Notes: generated by a model from the sequence alone, not told the origin. DNA of 64,000 bases from an uncultured Bacillales bacterium (GCA_946624985.1 CAMOSQ010000002.1:27233-91232); one strand, 5' to 3'; positions 47,966-56,317 are shown, counted from the stretch's first letter. Program-made: numbers and translations.

Positions 47966-47975
47966 TTTTTTATTA

Positions 47976-49682
47976 TTATTTAACAGTTACGCTAGTAGAA
48001 GCTTCAGCATAATTTCCTTGCCAATCGCTTACTAAATAACGTACAACATAAGTTCCAGTTGTACTTGTAACTGGGTTAGTTACTTGAACTTTGTCAGTTA
48101 TATCATGTGTACAAGTACCAGTTAACCATGTTCCACCAGCATCAGTACATAAAGCCTCAGTATTTTGAGCACCTGCTACACCATTAACATAGCATACTGG
48201 AGTTGAAGCCCATGACCCACCAGCAGTTGTACATGCATTTTCAGTAGTTTCAGGTCCAACATCAGTTACTGTTATACCATCCATTGGATCAAATGTTGCA
48301 ACAGAACCACTCGCAACTTCCTTAGTTGCAGGTACTGTACCAAATACTGGTCTAGCAACATCACCTGTAGCTGAATATGGTCCACTACCTTGAATTTCAT
48401 TTTCATCAAATCTTTCTTTAGTGAATCCAAAATTAACAGTAATTTGTTTTCCAATTGAAGCAAAGTCATAGTTATCTATATCTTGTCCTTCAATCCATAC
48501 ATAAATTCTTACTTTTGTAATACTATTTGGTGCAAGTGTAATTAATTCAGGTCTTGCCATACCATTTTGTTTCTTTTCAGAATCAGTAAAGTAATCATAT
48601 GCAAATAATGGAGCAGTATCTGTAGCATCTTCCATATTTGCTTTTGTAGTCTTTGTATAACCATTGTAATCAGTACCGTCATATACATCTACTCTATCAG
48701 TAAAATCAATTGCTCTATTTATTGCATATGTTTCATAAGAAGTTCCATTAGCAACTCCACTACAAGTATTTGTAGTATATGCTCCTGAACCAGCAGTAGC
48801 TATATCACTTGCATTTACAGCTTTTGAATTATCTCTTGTTCTACAAGATGTCTGATAATAACTTATAGCGTTAGCTGTGTGAGCTGTATCATTTGGTTCC
48901 CAAATTTGTGCAGTACGGCATATTCCTGTTACATTTGTATCATCTGTACAAGATATACCAGTAATTGTTCCAACATCAGTAGTCTTACCATTAACTCTAC
49001 CTATTTGAGCAAATGCAACTCTTACTGAATTTTCAATTCCAGTTTTAGATACACCGCCAGTTTCAGAAACAACTACTTCTGAATCATCAGTTAAATAAAT
49101 TGCTTCCTCATTTAGAACGTTTTTTTCTGCATAATATGCTCTTCCTGAGAAGTTTCTAATAAACAGGTCGAATGCAACATATCCACCAATTTCTTTAAAT
49201 TGTCCTTTAGGTTGAGGATTTTCGCCTTCAGTGAAGCCATTAAGTGGTGTATCATAGTTATGAATACGACTTGCCATAAGTCTATATCCACCTTCTGTAG
49301 CAGTTAAACTTCCTTTTTCAAACATTTTCATTGTAGAAGTCGTAGTATCAATTTCACCAACAGATGATATTGGTTTTAAACCTTGATTGATACTAGAAGT
49401 TCCTTTTCCAGCCCAGTTATTAACATTACCAGTATAAACGGTATTAGCAGTATCATTAAAGTTTTCACTGTTAATAGTTACTTTAGTATCCCATTTACTA
49501 CCGTCTAATGATAATAATAAGCTATCCGTACTTGCAATTTCGATCTCAAAACTTGAAACATTTACCGAACGCATACCTATAAACCATGCATAAGTCGCAA
49601 CGATAAATATGAATGAAGTTAGAGAGCAAAATACAATTAATTTTCTAATTTTCTTAGATTTCTTATTATCTCTTTTATCCAT
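47976..49682 (-). CDS. Major secreted fibre-family protein B (568 aa)
   Basis: It has VATYAWFIGMRSVNV, GYVAFDLFIRNFSG, SVRVAFAQIG and VRIYVWIEGQDIDNYDFASIGKQITVNFGF. The C-terminus has duplicated C-T-x-A-G-G-x-W Cys motifs plus an Ig-like end. Confidence 0.6.
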   Translation of the reverse strand: MDKRDNKKSKKIRKLIVFCSLTSFIFIVATYAWFIGMRSVNVSSFEIEIASTDSLLLSLDGSKWDTKVTINSENFNDTANTVYTGNVNNWAGKGTSSINQGLKPISSVGEIDTTTSTMKMFEKGSLTATEGGYRLMASRIHNYDTPLNGFTEGENPQPKGQFKEIGGYVAFDLFIRNFSGRAYYAEKNVLNEEAIYLTDDSEVVVSETGGVSKTGIENSVRVAFAQIGRVNGKTTDVGTITGISCTDDTNVTGICRTAQIWEPNDTAHTANAISYYQTSCRTRDNSKAVNASDIATAGSGAYTTNTCSGVANGTSYETYAINRAIDFTDRVDVYDGTDYNGYTKTTKANMEDATDTAPLFAYDYFTDSEKKQNGMARPELITLAPNSITKVRIYVWIEGQDIDNYDFASIGKQITVNFGFTKERFDENEIQGSGPYSATGDVARPVFGTVPATKEVASGSVATFDPMDGITVTDVGPETTENACTTAGGSWASTPVCYVNGVAGAQNTEALCTDAGGTWLTGTCTHDITDKVQVTNPVTSTTGTYVVRYLVSDWQGNYAEASTSVTVK

Positions 49683-49779
49683 ATAATCTTTCCTTTCTTT
49701 TTTCAGTATTATGTATAATTATTATGAAAAACCACACAAACCTATACCATACTCACCGCCCTACTATAATACAATATAA

Positions 49780-49832
49780 ATTATACACGTTGATTTTATA
49801 AAAGTCAATTGAATTTGTCAAAAAATGTCGAA
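49780..49832 (-). promoter_or_regulatory. Consensus promoter plus perfect 0A box upstream of fibre gene B
   Basis: On the minus strand, TTGACT (49803-49808), a 17-nt spacer and TATAAT (49780-49785) form a promoter. TGTCGAA lies at 49826-49832, with 17 nt between it and the -35. Confidence 0.55.
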
Positions 49833-49862
49833 TAGCTATTTACAAAAAAAGGAAAGAATTTT

Positions 49863-51488
49863 TTATTTTTCTTTCTCTTTTTCTTTTTCTTCTTTTTCTA
49901 CTATTTTATCAGTTTGAACAATGAACCATATTTTTTCTACTGATAGGTTGCTATTTTCTATCTTGTTAACTCTAAATACAAAGTCAATTTTATTTTTTAG
50001 TGCTTCCAGACTATCTTCATCTAAATCTGCTAATTCCAAATTGATATTTTCTAATCTATATTTATTAGCTATAATACTTGCTACATCGGTTTCTTCAAAA
50101 GTGTTAATACCATTAATAATTATATTTGATGGATTTGATGCAAAATCATCAAATTCGTTGCACATATCTACAATTTCATTATATGTTTCTAGATTAAATA
50201 CTTTTTTAAATGTTTCTTTTTTAAAGAAGTTATAGCTATAATATAATCTTACAACATCAGATATTAGTAGTAATGATTCATTTTTAAGTGTTATTATCTT
50301 ATTTTCAAATTTTAATTTATCTTGTTGATAGTAAAGATCATATAATTCTTTTGCTATTTTTAAAGATTCAATTTTTAGATTTTTTAAGTTTTCTGGTTTT
50401 GGTTTTCTTGATAAAAATCCACCTTTTTCACCAAATATTTTACTATTAATGCCTTCTAATTTTGATTCTTTTGTATTTATTTGATTATCAATATTTTTCA
50501 ATGCAGAATTATTTGTTTCTGGAGATTCTTGTTTTTCATATTTTTCTTTAAAGTAGTTAAATAATGGAATATATTTTAGATAGTTTCCATATTCTACTAC
50601 ATTTATTCTTAGTCTTTTTAATGTTTCAAGTAGTTTATTAATTGATTCATTATCGCTATAGTCTATTTCATTTATTGTTAGACCTGCATATGTTGCTACT
50701 CTAAACTTGCTATCTGGAAAATAATTATTTATTTCTATTTCGCTTTTTTTTGCTTTTTCAACGATATCGCATAATTGTTCATCAGTGCTATTTTCAAGTT
50801 CTTCATATTTATTTTTTAAAGCAGCAATAAATTCATCGTAATTTTTAAAGTTGTGTTTATTTAGTAGTGTTTTTTGTTCGCGACTAATATATTCTTCAAA
50901 ACTTTTTTGATGTTTTTTTATTAATTTTCTAAAGTTTAGTTCAATGTGTTCTATTATATTAGGATTATACCAATATATTTCTTCAAAGACCTGTGATAGT
51001 TTTCCATAATCTCCATTACAGCTTAAATATTCACACATATATTGATGAACATAGAACGTATATTTAAAGTCATTATTTTTTAATTCTATTCCACATGTTC
51101 TAAATTTTTCTATTAGTTTTCTAATAATATCATTAATTTCGTCGAAAGTAAAATTTGAATAATTATGAATATCATATAATAAATCATCAAGTCCCATTTT
51201 TTCCATAAATGAATTCATAGGATTAAGAATAAATTTCATATGTTTATATTCTTCAAATTGATTCATTAAAGTTTCTGTATCACGTTCTTCTCTTTTGCAA
51301 TGGAATGATTCACTCTTTGCTTTTAAATAATTTAAAACGCTTTCTTTATAGTATTCGTAATTTTCATAAATTGAAGCAATTTTTTCATTATATTTTCTTA
51401 TATTTGTCTTGTTATTTGTTGGTAAAGAAGATAATAGTGTTTTTTTTGCTTCTATATCATTATCAATAAAATCTAAAAAACTATTCAT
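49863..51488 (-). CDS. Large cytoplasmic helical protein, unknown function
   Basis: It has no signal peptide, is Lys/Glu-rich and helical, and has a C-terminal EKEKEKEK tail. The start is set at MNSFLDF, which overlaps the stop of the upstream small ORF. Confidence 0.35.
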   Translation of the reverse strand: MNSFLDFIDNDIEAKKTLLSSLPTNNKTNIRKYNEKIASIYENYEYYKESVLNYLKAKSESFHCKREERDTETLMNQFEEYKHMKFILNPMNSFMEKMGLDDLLYDIHNYSNFTFDEINDIIRKLIEKFRTCGIELKNNDFKYTFYVHQYMCEYLSCNGDYGKLSQVFEEIYWYNPNIIEHIELNFRKLIKKHQKSFEEYISREQKTLLNKHNFKNYDEFIAALKNKYEELENSTDEQLCDIVEKAKKSEIEINNYFPDSKFRVATYAGLTINEIDYSDNESINKLLETLKRLRINVVEYGNYLKYIPLFNYFKEKYEKQESPETNNSALKNIDNQINTKESKLEGINSKIFGEKGGFLSRKPKPENLKNLKIESLKIAKELYDLYYQQDKLKFENKIITLKNESLLLISDVVRLYYSYNFFKKETFKKVFNLETYNEIVDMCNEFDDFASNPSNIIINGINTFEETDVASIIANKYRLENINLELADLDEDSLEALKNKIDFVFRVNKIENSNLSVEKIWFIVQTDKIVEKEEKEKEKEK

Positions 51489-51624
51489 TGCTAGCCTCAC
51501 TTTCATCAAGTTTACTTTCTTCTAAAAAGCTAAGAAATGAATTAATATTTTCATAAACCTTTATTAATTCTTGTAAACTCAAATTTGAAATATCAAAATT
51601 AGTTTTACCCTCTTCCATTGCCAT
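51481..51624 (-). CDS. Small acidic protein (47 aa), translationally coupled
   Basis: An AGGAG RBS is followed by MAMEEGKTNFDISNLSLQELIKVYENINSFLSFLEESKLDESEASNE. Its stop overlaps the ATG of the next gene (AATGAATAG). Confidence 0.4.
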   Translation of the reverse strand: MAMEEGKTNFDISNLSLQELIKVYENINSFLSFLEESKLDESEASNE

Positions 51625-51632
51625 TCTCCTTT

Positions 51633-52349
51633 TTATTCTTTATTAAATTTATCGTTGTTAACATCTTTAAATTCTGAATTGAATTCCATATGTACTTTAA
51701 TTTCTCCCCCTAGAATATTATCTGTACAGTCTATATCTGTTCCTTCAATCCACATAACAACTGTATATTTATCAATATCTCCAGGTTTAAATTCTTCTCT
51801 ATGATTATATGTGATTAATGTATCGTCTATAAATGGTACTGTATCTCGTTCTGCTTCTCCATTTGTACCAATTTTAGCGTATGTTACATATTCTCCATTT
51901 CTATATATTCTAATTCTAACAGCTGTGTCTACATTTTTAATAACATCGTCTATTATTACTTGTGACCAATAATCTGATGTGTCTGTACCAGTATTTTCTA
52001 TATAAAATGTATATGCAACATAGTTATCTCCATTATGTGAACTGTTTACCTGATCTAAGTTATCTGGCAGCCATCTATATGAAATGTTGTCAAAGTAATC
52101 CACTGCTTGTGCATATAATTCTGTTCTGAAAACTTTATAATCCGGATCGTCGTAAATTACGATTCCTTTTTTAAAGTATAAGTTTTTATCTAGTGTTATA
52201 CTAAAATTACCATTATTATATATAATATTCATTATAATATAAGCAAGCAATAATATAAGTAAGACTACTAGTACTGTAATTTTAACAATTTTAATTATTT
52301 TCTTTTTACGTCTAAGCTTGCTGACTTTAACCTCAATTTCCCCATTCAT
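51633..52349 (-). CDS. Membrane-anchored fibre-family paralog (238 aa) lacking the AWF motif
   Basis: A TM helix is followed by NYVAYTFYIENTGT, AVRIRIYRNG and YTVVMWIEGTDIDCTDNILGGEIKVHMEF, matching the family motifs of the 359/572/568-aa proteins. Confidence 0.5.
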   Translation of the reverse strand: MNGEIEVKVSKLRRKKKIIKIVKITVLVVLLILLLAYIIMNIIYNNGNFSITLDKNLYFKKGIVIYDDPDYKVFRTELYAQAVDYFDNISYRWLPDNLDQVNSSHNGDNYVAYTFYIENTGTDTSDYWSQVIIDDVIKNVDTAVRIRIYRNGEYVTYAKIGTNGEAERDTVPFIDDTLITYNHREEFKPGDIDKYTVVMWIEGTDIDCTDNILGGEIKVHMEFNSEFKDVNNDKFNKE

Positions 52350-52378
52350 AACATACACCCCTACTGTAATCATAAATA

Positions 52379-52408
52379 ATTATATACCATAATAAGGAAT
52401 AAAGTCAA
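52379..52408 (-). promoter_or_regulatory. Promoter of the minus-strand operon head
   Basis: On the minus strand, TTGACT (52403-52408) is followed by TATATAAT at 16-18 nt spacing. Confidence 0.45.
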
Positions 52409-52430
52409 TCACAAATTCTATACACTGTTT

Positions 52431-52480
52431 TTTACATTGTTTACATCGCTTTACATCTCTAAACTTAAAAAAAATGTAAA
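52431..52480. promoter_or_regulatory. Array of TTTACAT boxes in the divergent control region
   Basis: Direct copies start at 52431, 52440 and 52450. An inverted copy ATGTAAA lies at 52474-52480, between the two divergent promoters. Confidence 0.5.
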
Positions 52481-52485
52481 ATAAG

Positions 52486-52514
52486 TTGTATTATAGATAA
52501 ATACCACTTATAAT
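52486..52514 (+). promoter_or_regulatory. Promoter of the divergent plus-strand TasA-like gene
   Basis: TTGTAT, a 17-nt spacer, then TATAAT. Confidence 0.45.
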
Positions 52515-52534
52515 GAAATTAAGAGGTGATAACT

Positions 52535-53185
52535 GTGAGAAAAAGAATATGCTTTGCACTACTTTTAATGTCGTGTTCATTATGTCTGTGTCTAATGAGT
52601 AGTACTTACTCAAGATATGTTGCAGGAACACAAGGTAACATAGATATACTATTCGCGAAATGGCAAATACTTATTAACAACCAAGATATAGCTGATCAAA
52701 ACAATTCTGAAATCACTATTACGCCTACGATTGAACATAATGATAATATTAAGAGTGATGTTGTTGCTCCTACATCAAAGGGATATTTTGATATTAATAT
52801 TGATTCATCTAATGTAGATGTATCATATCAATATAATTTAACATTGAATATTGAAAATGAAGAGGTTCCAGATTTAATAATATCTAAATATACAATTCTT
52901 CCTGAAGATTATGAAGAGGGAGATACAATTGAGTATACAACAATACAAGATAATACAATATCAAATACAATGTTATTTGATAATAATACAGAAGACTTTT
53001 CTTTTGAACCATTCACTATAAGAATATACTTTGAATGGTATGATGGTGAAGATGAATTAATGGATGATGAAGCTGATACAGCTATAGGAACACAACAAGA
53101 AGAATTAACATTCACAATAAACGCTAATATATCATTCGAACAAGTAATCGAAGAAGAAGTAGAAGAAACAATAGAAACTCCTTAG
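52535..53185 (+). CDS. Small secreted TasA/camelysin-like protein (divergent)
   Basis: A GTG start follows an AAGAGG RBS. A signal helix is followed by SSTYSRYVAG and FAKWQI. It has a beta-rich body and an acidic C-terminus. Confidence 0.5.
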   Translation: MRKRICFALLLMSCSLCLCLMSSTYSRYVAGTQGNIDILFAKWQILINNQDIADQNNSEITITPTIEHNDNIKSDVVAPTSKGYFDINIDSSNVDVSYQYNLTLNIENEEVPDLIISKYTILPEDYEEGDTIEYTTIQDNTISNTMLFDNNTEDFSFEPFTIRIYFEWYDGEDELMDDEADTAIGTQQEELTFTINANISFEQVIEEEVEETIETP

Positions 53186-53200
53186 AAAAGGAGTTTTTTT
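53176..53200 (+). terminator. Rho-independent terminator
   Basis: The stem aactcctt/aaggagtt with a 4-nt loop is followed by a T run. Confidence 0.7.
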
Positions 53201-53229
53201 ATGTTACATTTTTAAATTCAAAATAATAT

Positions 53230-53400
53230 TTAATGATTTTCTAAATTAATATGAAGATTTAAATCTTCCTCTGTAGGTAATTCTTCTATTAGATTTTTAG
53301 GTAAATATTTTGTTAACTCGTAAGAACTAACACCAATAGGCTTGTTAATATCTTTAAGTGCATAGTCCACTGAAAATTTATTCTTATCTTTACAAAGTAG
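53230..53400 (-). pseudogene. C-terminal fragment of a YhcG/DUF1016-type PDDEXK nuclease gene split by IS insertion
   Basis: It translates to LLCKDKNKFSVDYALKDINKPIGVSSYELTKYLPKNLIEELPTEEDL. This continues the reading of 54704-55555, which ends ..YLSAVDDILAKNYKNSPI. Confidence 0.7.
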
Positions 53401-53497
53401 TGACATACTCTCACCAACGATTAGGTGGTAGCTTCTCGCGCAAGTATGCTAATGCATACAGTAAACGAGCTTAGTCCGCGTATCCCGCGAAATTATA
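53401..53497 (-). ncRNA. Candidate omega/right-end RNA scaffold of TnpB-2
   Basis: This segment is conspicuously GC-richer (..cgcgggatacgcggactaagctcg..gcgcgagaagctaccacc..) and lies directly 3' of the tnpB stop. Confidence 0.4.
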
Positions 53498-54595
53498 TTA
53501 TACGAATGCTAAACGAATACCTTCGTTTTTAATATTTATTGCTGAATTTACATCCCTATTGTGATGTGTATTACAATTAGGACAATTCCAATCTCTAATT
53601 GATAAATTCTTTGTTTCTTTATTTTGATATCCACAATAACTACATATTTGTGTACTTGCAAAGAATTTATCAACTTTGATTAGTTTTTTACCCATATTTT
53701 CTAGTTTGTATTCCAACATTCTTATAAACATTCCCCATCCGTTATCATGAATACTCATACCAAAATTTAGGCATTGTGACATAGACTGCATATTTAGGTC
53801 TTCTATGCACACAACATCATAATTATCTACAATATTTCTTGATAACTTATGTAGAAAATCTTTTCTTTGATTAGTTATATGCTCATATATATTAGCTACT
53901 CTTTTAACTTGTTTGTAATAGTTATTAGAACTTTTTATCATCCTAGATAATTTTCTCTGTTCTTTTTTTAGTTTTTCCAATGACTTTCTATAAAATCTTG
54001 GATATGTTGCTTCATTACCATTAGAATCAACATATAATTCATGCATAGAATAATCAAGTTCTATAAAACTATGCGGTATTACTTCTTGTATTTGGTTCTC
54101 ATACTCGAATAGAATACTTACATAATATTTACCAGACTTAGTTTTAGAAACAGTAGCTGATTTAAGAATATAATTATTAGGAATATTTCTATGTTGTTTT
54201 AATTTAATATATCCTATTTTAGGTAATTTGATAAAACCATTATCTATTTTAATCGTTCCATTTTGATTGTTAGTAGTATATGATTGTTTATTTTTTCTAG
54301 ATTTGAATTTAGGGAATTTAATTTTATTTTTTCTAAAGAAATTATTATAAGCAGACTCAAGATTTAATTGTACATTAGATAAAGCCAAACTATCTACTTC
54401 TTTTAAGAATTCATATTCTTTCTTATACATAGCTGGAGTATTTTTCAATTTGATACCAAATTCTTTATAATAGTTTATCTTATCTTCTAGCATCTTGTTA
54501 TAAATAAATCTACAACACCCAAATGTTTTAGATAATATTATTTGCTGTTCATTAGTTGGATATAATCTAAACTTATAAGCAATATTCTTCTTCAT
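53498..54595 (-). CDS. tnpB: TnpB (IS605 OrfB-type RNA-guided nuclease), second family
   Basis: It starts [14 protein letters not shown]. Other motifs are [24 protein letters not shown] and CSYCGY..CPNCN. Confidence 0.85.
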   Translation of the reverse strand: MKKNIAYKFRLYPTNEQQIILSKTFGCCRFIYNKMLEDKINYYKEFGIKLKNTPAMYKKEYEFLKEVDSLALSNVQLNLESAYNNFFRKNKIKFPKFKSRKNKQSYTTNNQNGTIKIDNGFIKLPKIGYIKLKQHRNIPNNYILKSATVSKTKSGKYYVSILFEYENQIQEVIPHSFIELDYSMHELYVDSNGNEATYPRFYRKSLEKLKKEQRKLSRMIKSSNNYYKQVKRVANIYEHITNQRKDFLHKLSRNIVDNYDVVCIEDLNMQSMSQCLNFGMSIHDNGWGMFIRMLEYKLENMGKKLIKVDKFFASTQICSYCGYQNKETKNLSIRDWNCPNCNTHHNRDVNSAINIKNEGIRLAFV

Positions 54596-54703
54596 AATAT
54601 CTACCTTCAATCATTAGATAATATTATAACGAATTTATGTTTGCGTGTCAACAATAAATTAATTATTTCTATAATGAATTATTTTTTTTCACAATTCATC
54701 CCA

Positions 54704-55555
54704 CTACTTATAGAAGATAGGGGAATTCTTGTAATTTTTAGCTAAAATATCATCTACAGCAGATAAATAAAAATTCATTTTCCCGGCATATTCTGGTTTA
54801 AATTTAGTATTTTTTAATTCTATTACTACATAACAATGTAATTTTATATGATAAAATAACAAATCAATGAAATAATCTTCATTATCAATTACTAATCTAT
54901 ATTGATTACCTACAAAACTAAATCCATTACCTAGCTCAAGCAAAGTCATTTTAATTTTATCAACCATAGCATTTTCTAATTCTTTTTCTTTATAATATTT
55001 TCCTAGAGTAGTAATATCAAATATATAAGGATCTTTCATAATTTCGTTAGCCATTTTACTTTGAACATCTGGAAGTGTTTGATTAAAATTATTGGGTTTA
55101 TTGTTTCTATTTTGTCTAAAATATGCATTATATTTTATCTCATCATTTAAATCATAATACCCCCAACCATTAATTGCAGTTTGATTAATATACCAAAGTC
55201 TTTCATCATCACTTTTAACTTTATCAAATATAAGTATATTATGCGACCAAGGAATTAGTGCAGAAGCCTTCTGCACTTTTTCATTTTTTGAACAAACCAA
55301 ATAATATTTTCTCATGTTTTTTAAATTTCTCACTGAAAATCCTTTCATATCAGGATATAATAGTTTTAACTCAATTGACATATTACTTATAAAATTATTT
55401 CCATATTTAGAATTTTCAACAAGAGTTTTACCAATATAAAAATATAAATTTAATAAACTCTTATTTGCATTTTGAAATATTTCTGATTTAGTATTATCTA
55501 TTTTATTTTTTATATCATTAATAATATTTTTAAAATTTTTTTCTAAAGTTTGCAC
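54704..55555 (-). pseudogene. N-terminal 283 codons of the YhcG/DUF1016-type nuclease gene
   Basis: It has the YhcG N-terminal pattern (YFYIGKTLVEN..YGNNFI..GFSVRNLKNMRKYY..IPWSHN) and the PDDEXK core (DLLFYH..VVIELK). It runs into the IS end. Confidence 0.7.
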
Positions 55556-56317
55556 TATACCTTCAACTCCTTACTAATTTTTTGCATAAGCTCCCACAAA
55601 ACTATAAAAACATTAACATTTAAATCTTTTATTATTTCTAAAGTCCTATAATCACAATAAGAATCAACAATAACCAATTTTTTCTTAGAACTCATAAATA
55701 TATCTTTCAATTTACAATATGCATCGAAAGCTTGTCCTTTATAAAAAACATAATTTTTTTTTTCTTTTTTATCATTAAATAATTCCTGTATTTTTTTAAT
55801 ATCATTGGTATTCTTTATTGTCAAAGATTTAATTTCACTAACATCAGATATATTTTGTAAAGTCATTTTCTTTACTTCATCAAGATCTTTTAACTATCAA
55901 TATTATTAGTTATAAAATGACGCATATTAACAAAAGCACGCATAATATTAACACTGACACTTGCAGCAACCTTAGTCCTAAGAACAGAAGCAAGCATCGC
56001 AACGCCTTGTTCAGTAAAAACATAAGGTAAAAATTTTTTATGCTCACCTCTTCCCCTCTTTAAGGTCCCAATTTGGGACCTTAAAGAACTATATTCTTCA
56101 TCTGTTAATTGAAAATAAAAATCATCTGGAAATTATCAATATGCCTACCAACAGCCTGATTAATAGTCTTAGTACCATTTGAGCACTCATAAAATCTTGC
56201 CAAATCAGAATCTAGCATCACCTGCTTACCCCTTATTTCATAAATAGAATTTTCAATTCTATCATTACTACTTACAATAATGTTATTCACAACTAAAATC
56301 ACCTCTAAAATAATCAT
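55555..56317 (-). pseudogene. ORF6N-domain gene, disrupted
   Basis: Frame 1 reads IYEIRGKQVMLDSDLARFYECSNGTKTINQAVGRHIDNF. After a 1-nt frameshift near 56135 it continues PDDFYFQLTDEEYSSLRSQIGTLKRGRGEHKKFLPYVFTEQGVAMLASVLRTK. A stop lies near 55905, and a further ORF covers 55555-55866. Confidence 0.65.

Larger units (their letters stand above)
53401..54712 (-). mobile_element. Second IS200/IS605-family tnpB-only element, inserted in the yhcG-like gene
   Basis: It is bounded by the two halves of the disrupted gene. The ends are good to about +/-10 nt. Confidence 0.7.

Noticed and set aside
46193-49682. Visibly higher GC content of the two about-570-aa genes, considered as evidence of separate horizontal origin.
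   Set aside because: The shift is explained by the Ala/Gly/Thr/Val-rich amino-acid composition and likely high-expression codon choice. Flanking intergenic DNA is as AT-rich as the rest.
49683-49779. The roughly 90-nt leader of fibre gene B, considered as a c-di-GMP or other riboswitch.
   Set aside because: I found no match by eye to the conserved cores of c-di-GMP-I/II or other common riboswitch classes. It is too short and AT-rich to argue for a fold without computation.
56057-56087. A near-perfect 14-bp hairpin (tctttaaggtccca/tgggaccttaaaga), considered as a terminator or recombination site.
   Set aside because: It lies inside the conserved ORF6N coding sequence (SLRSQIGTLKR) and has no flanking U run on either strand. 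It is most simply a coincidence of the codons used.
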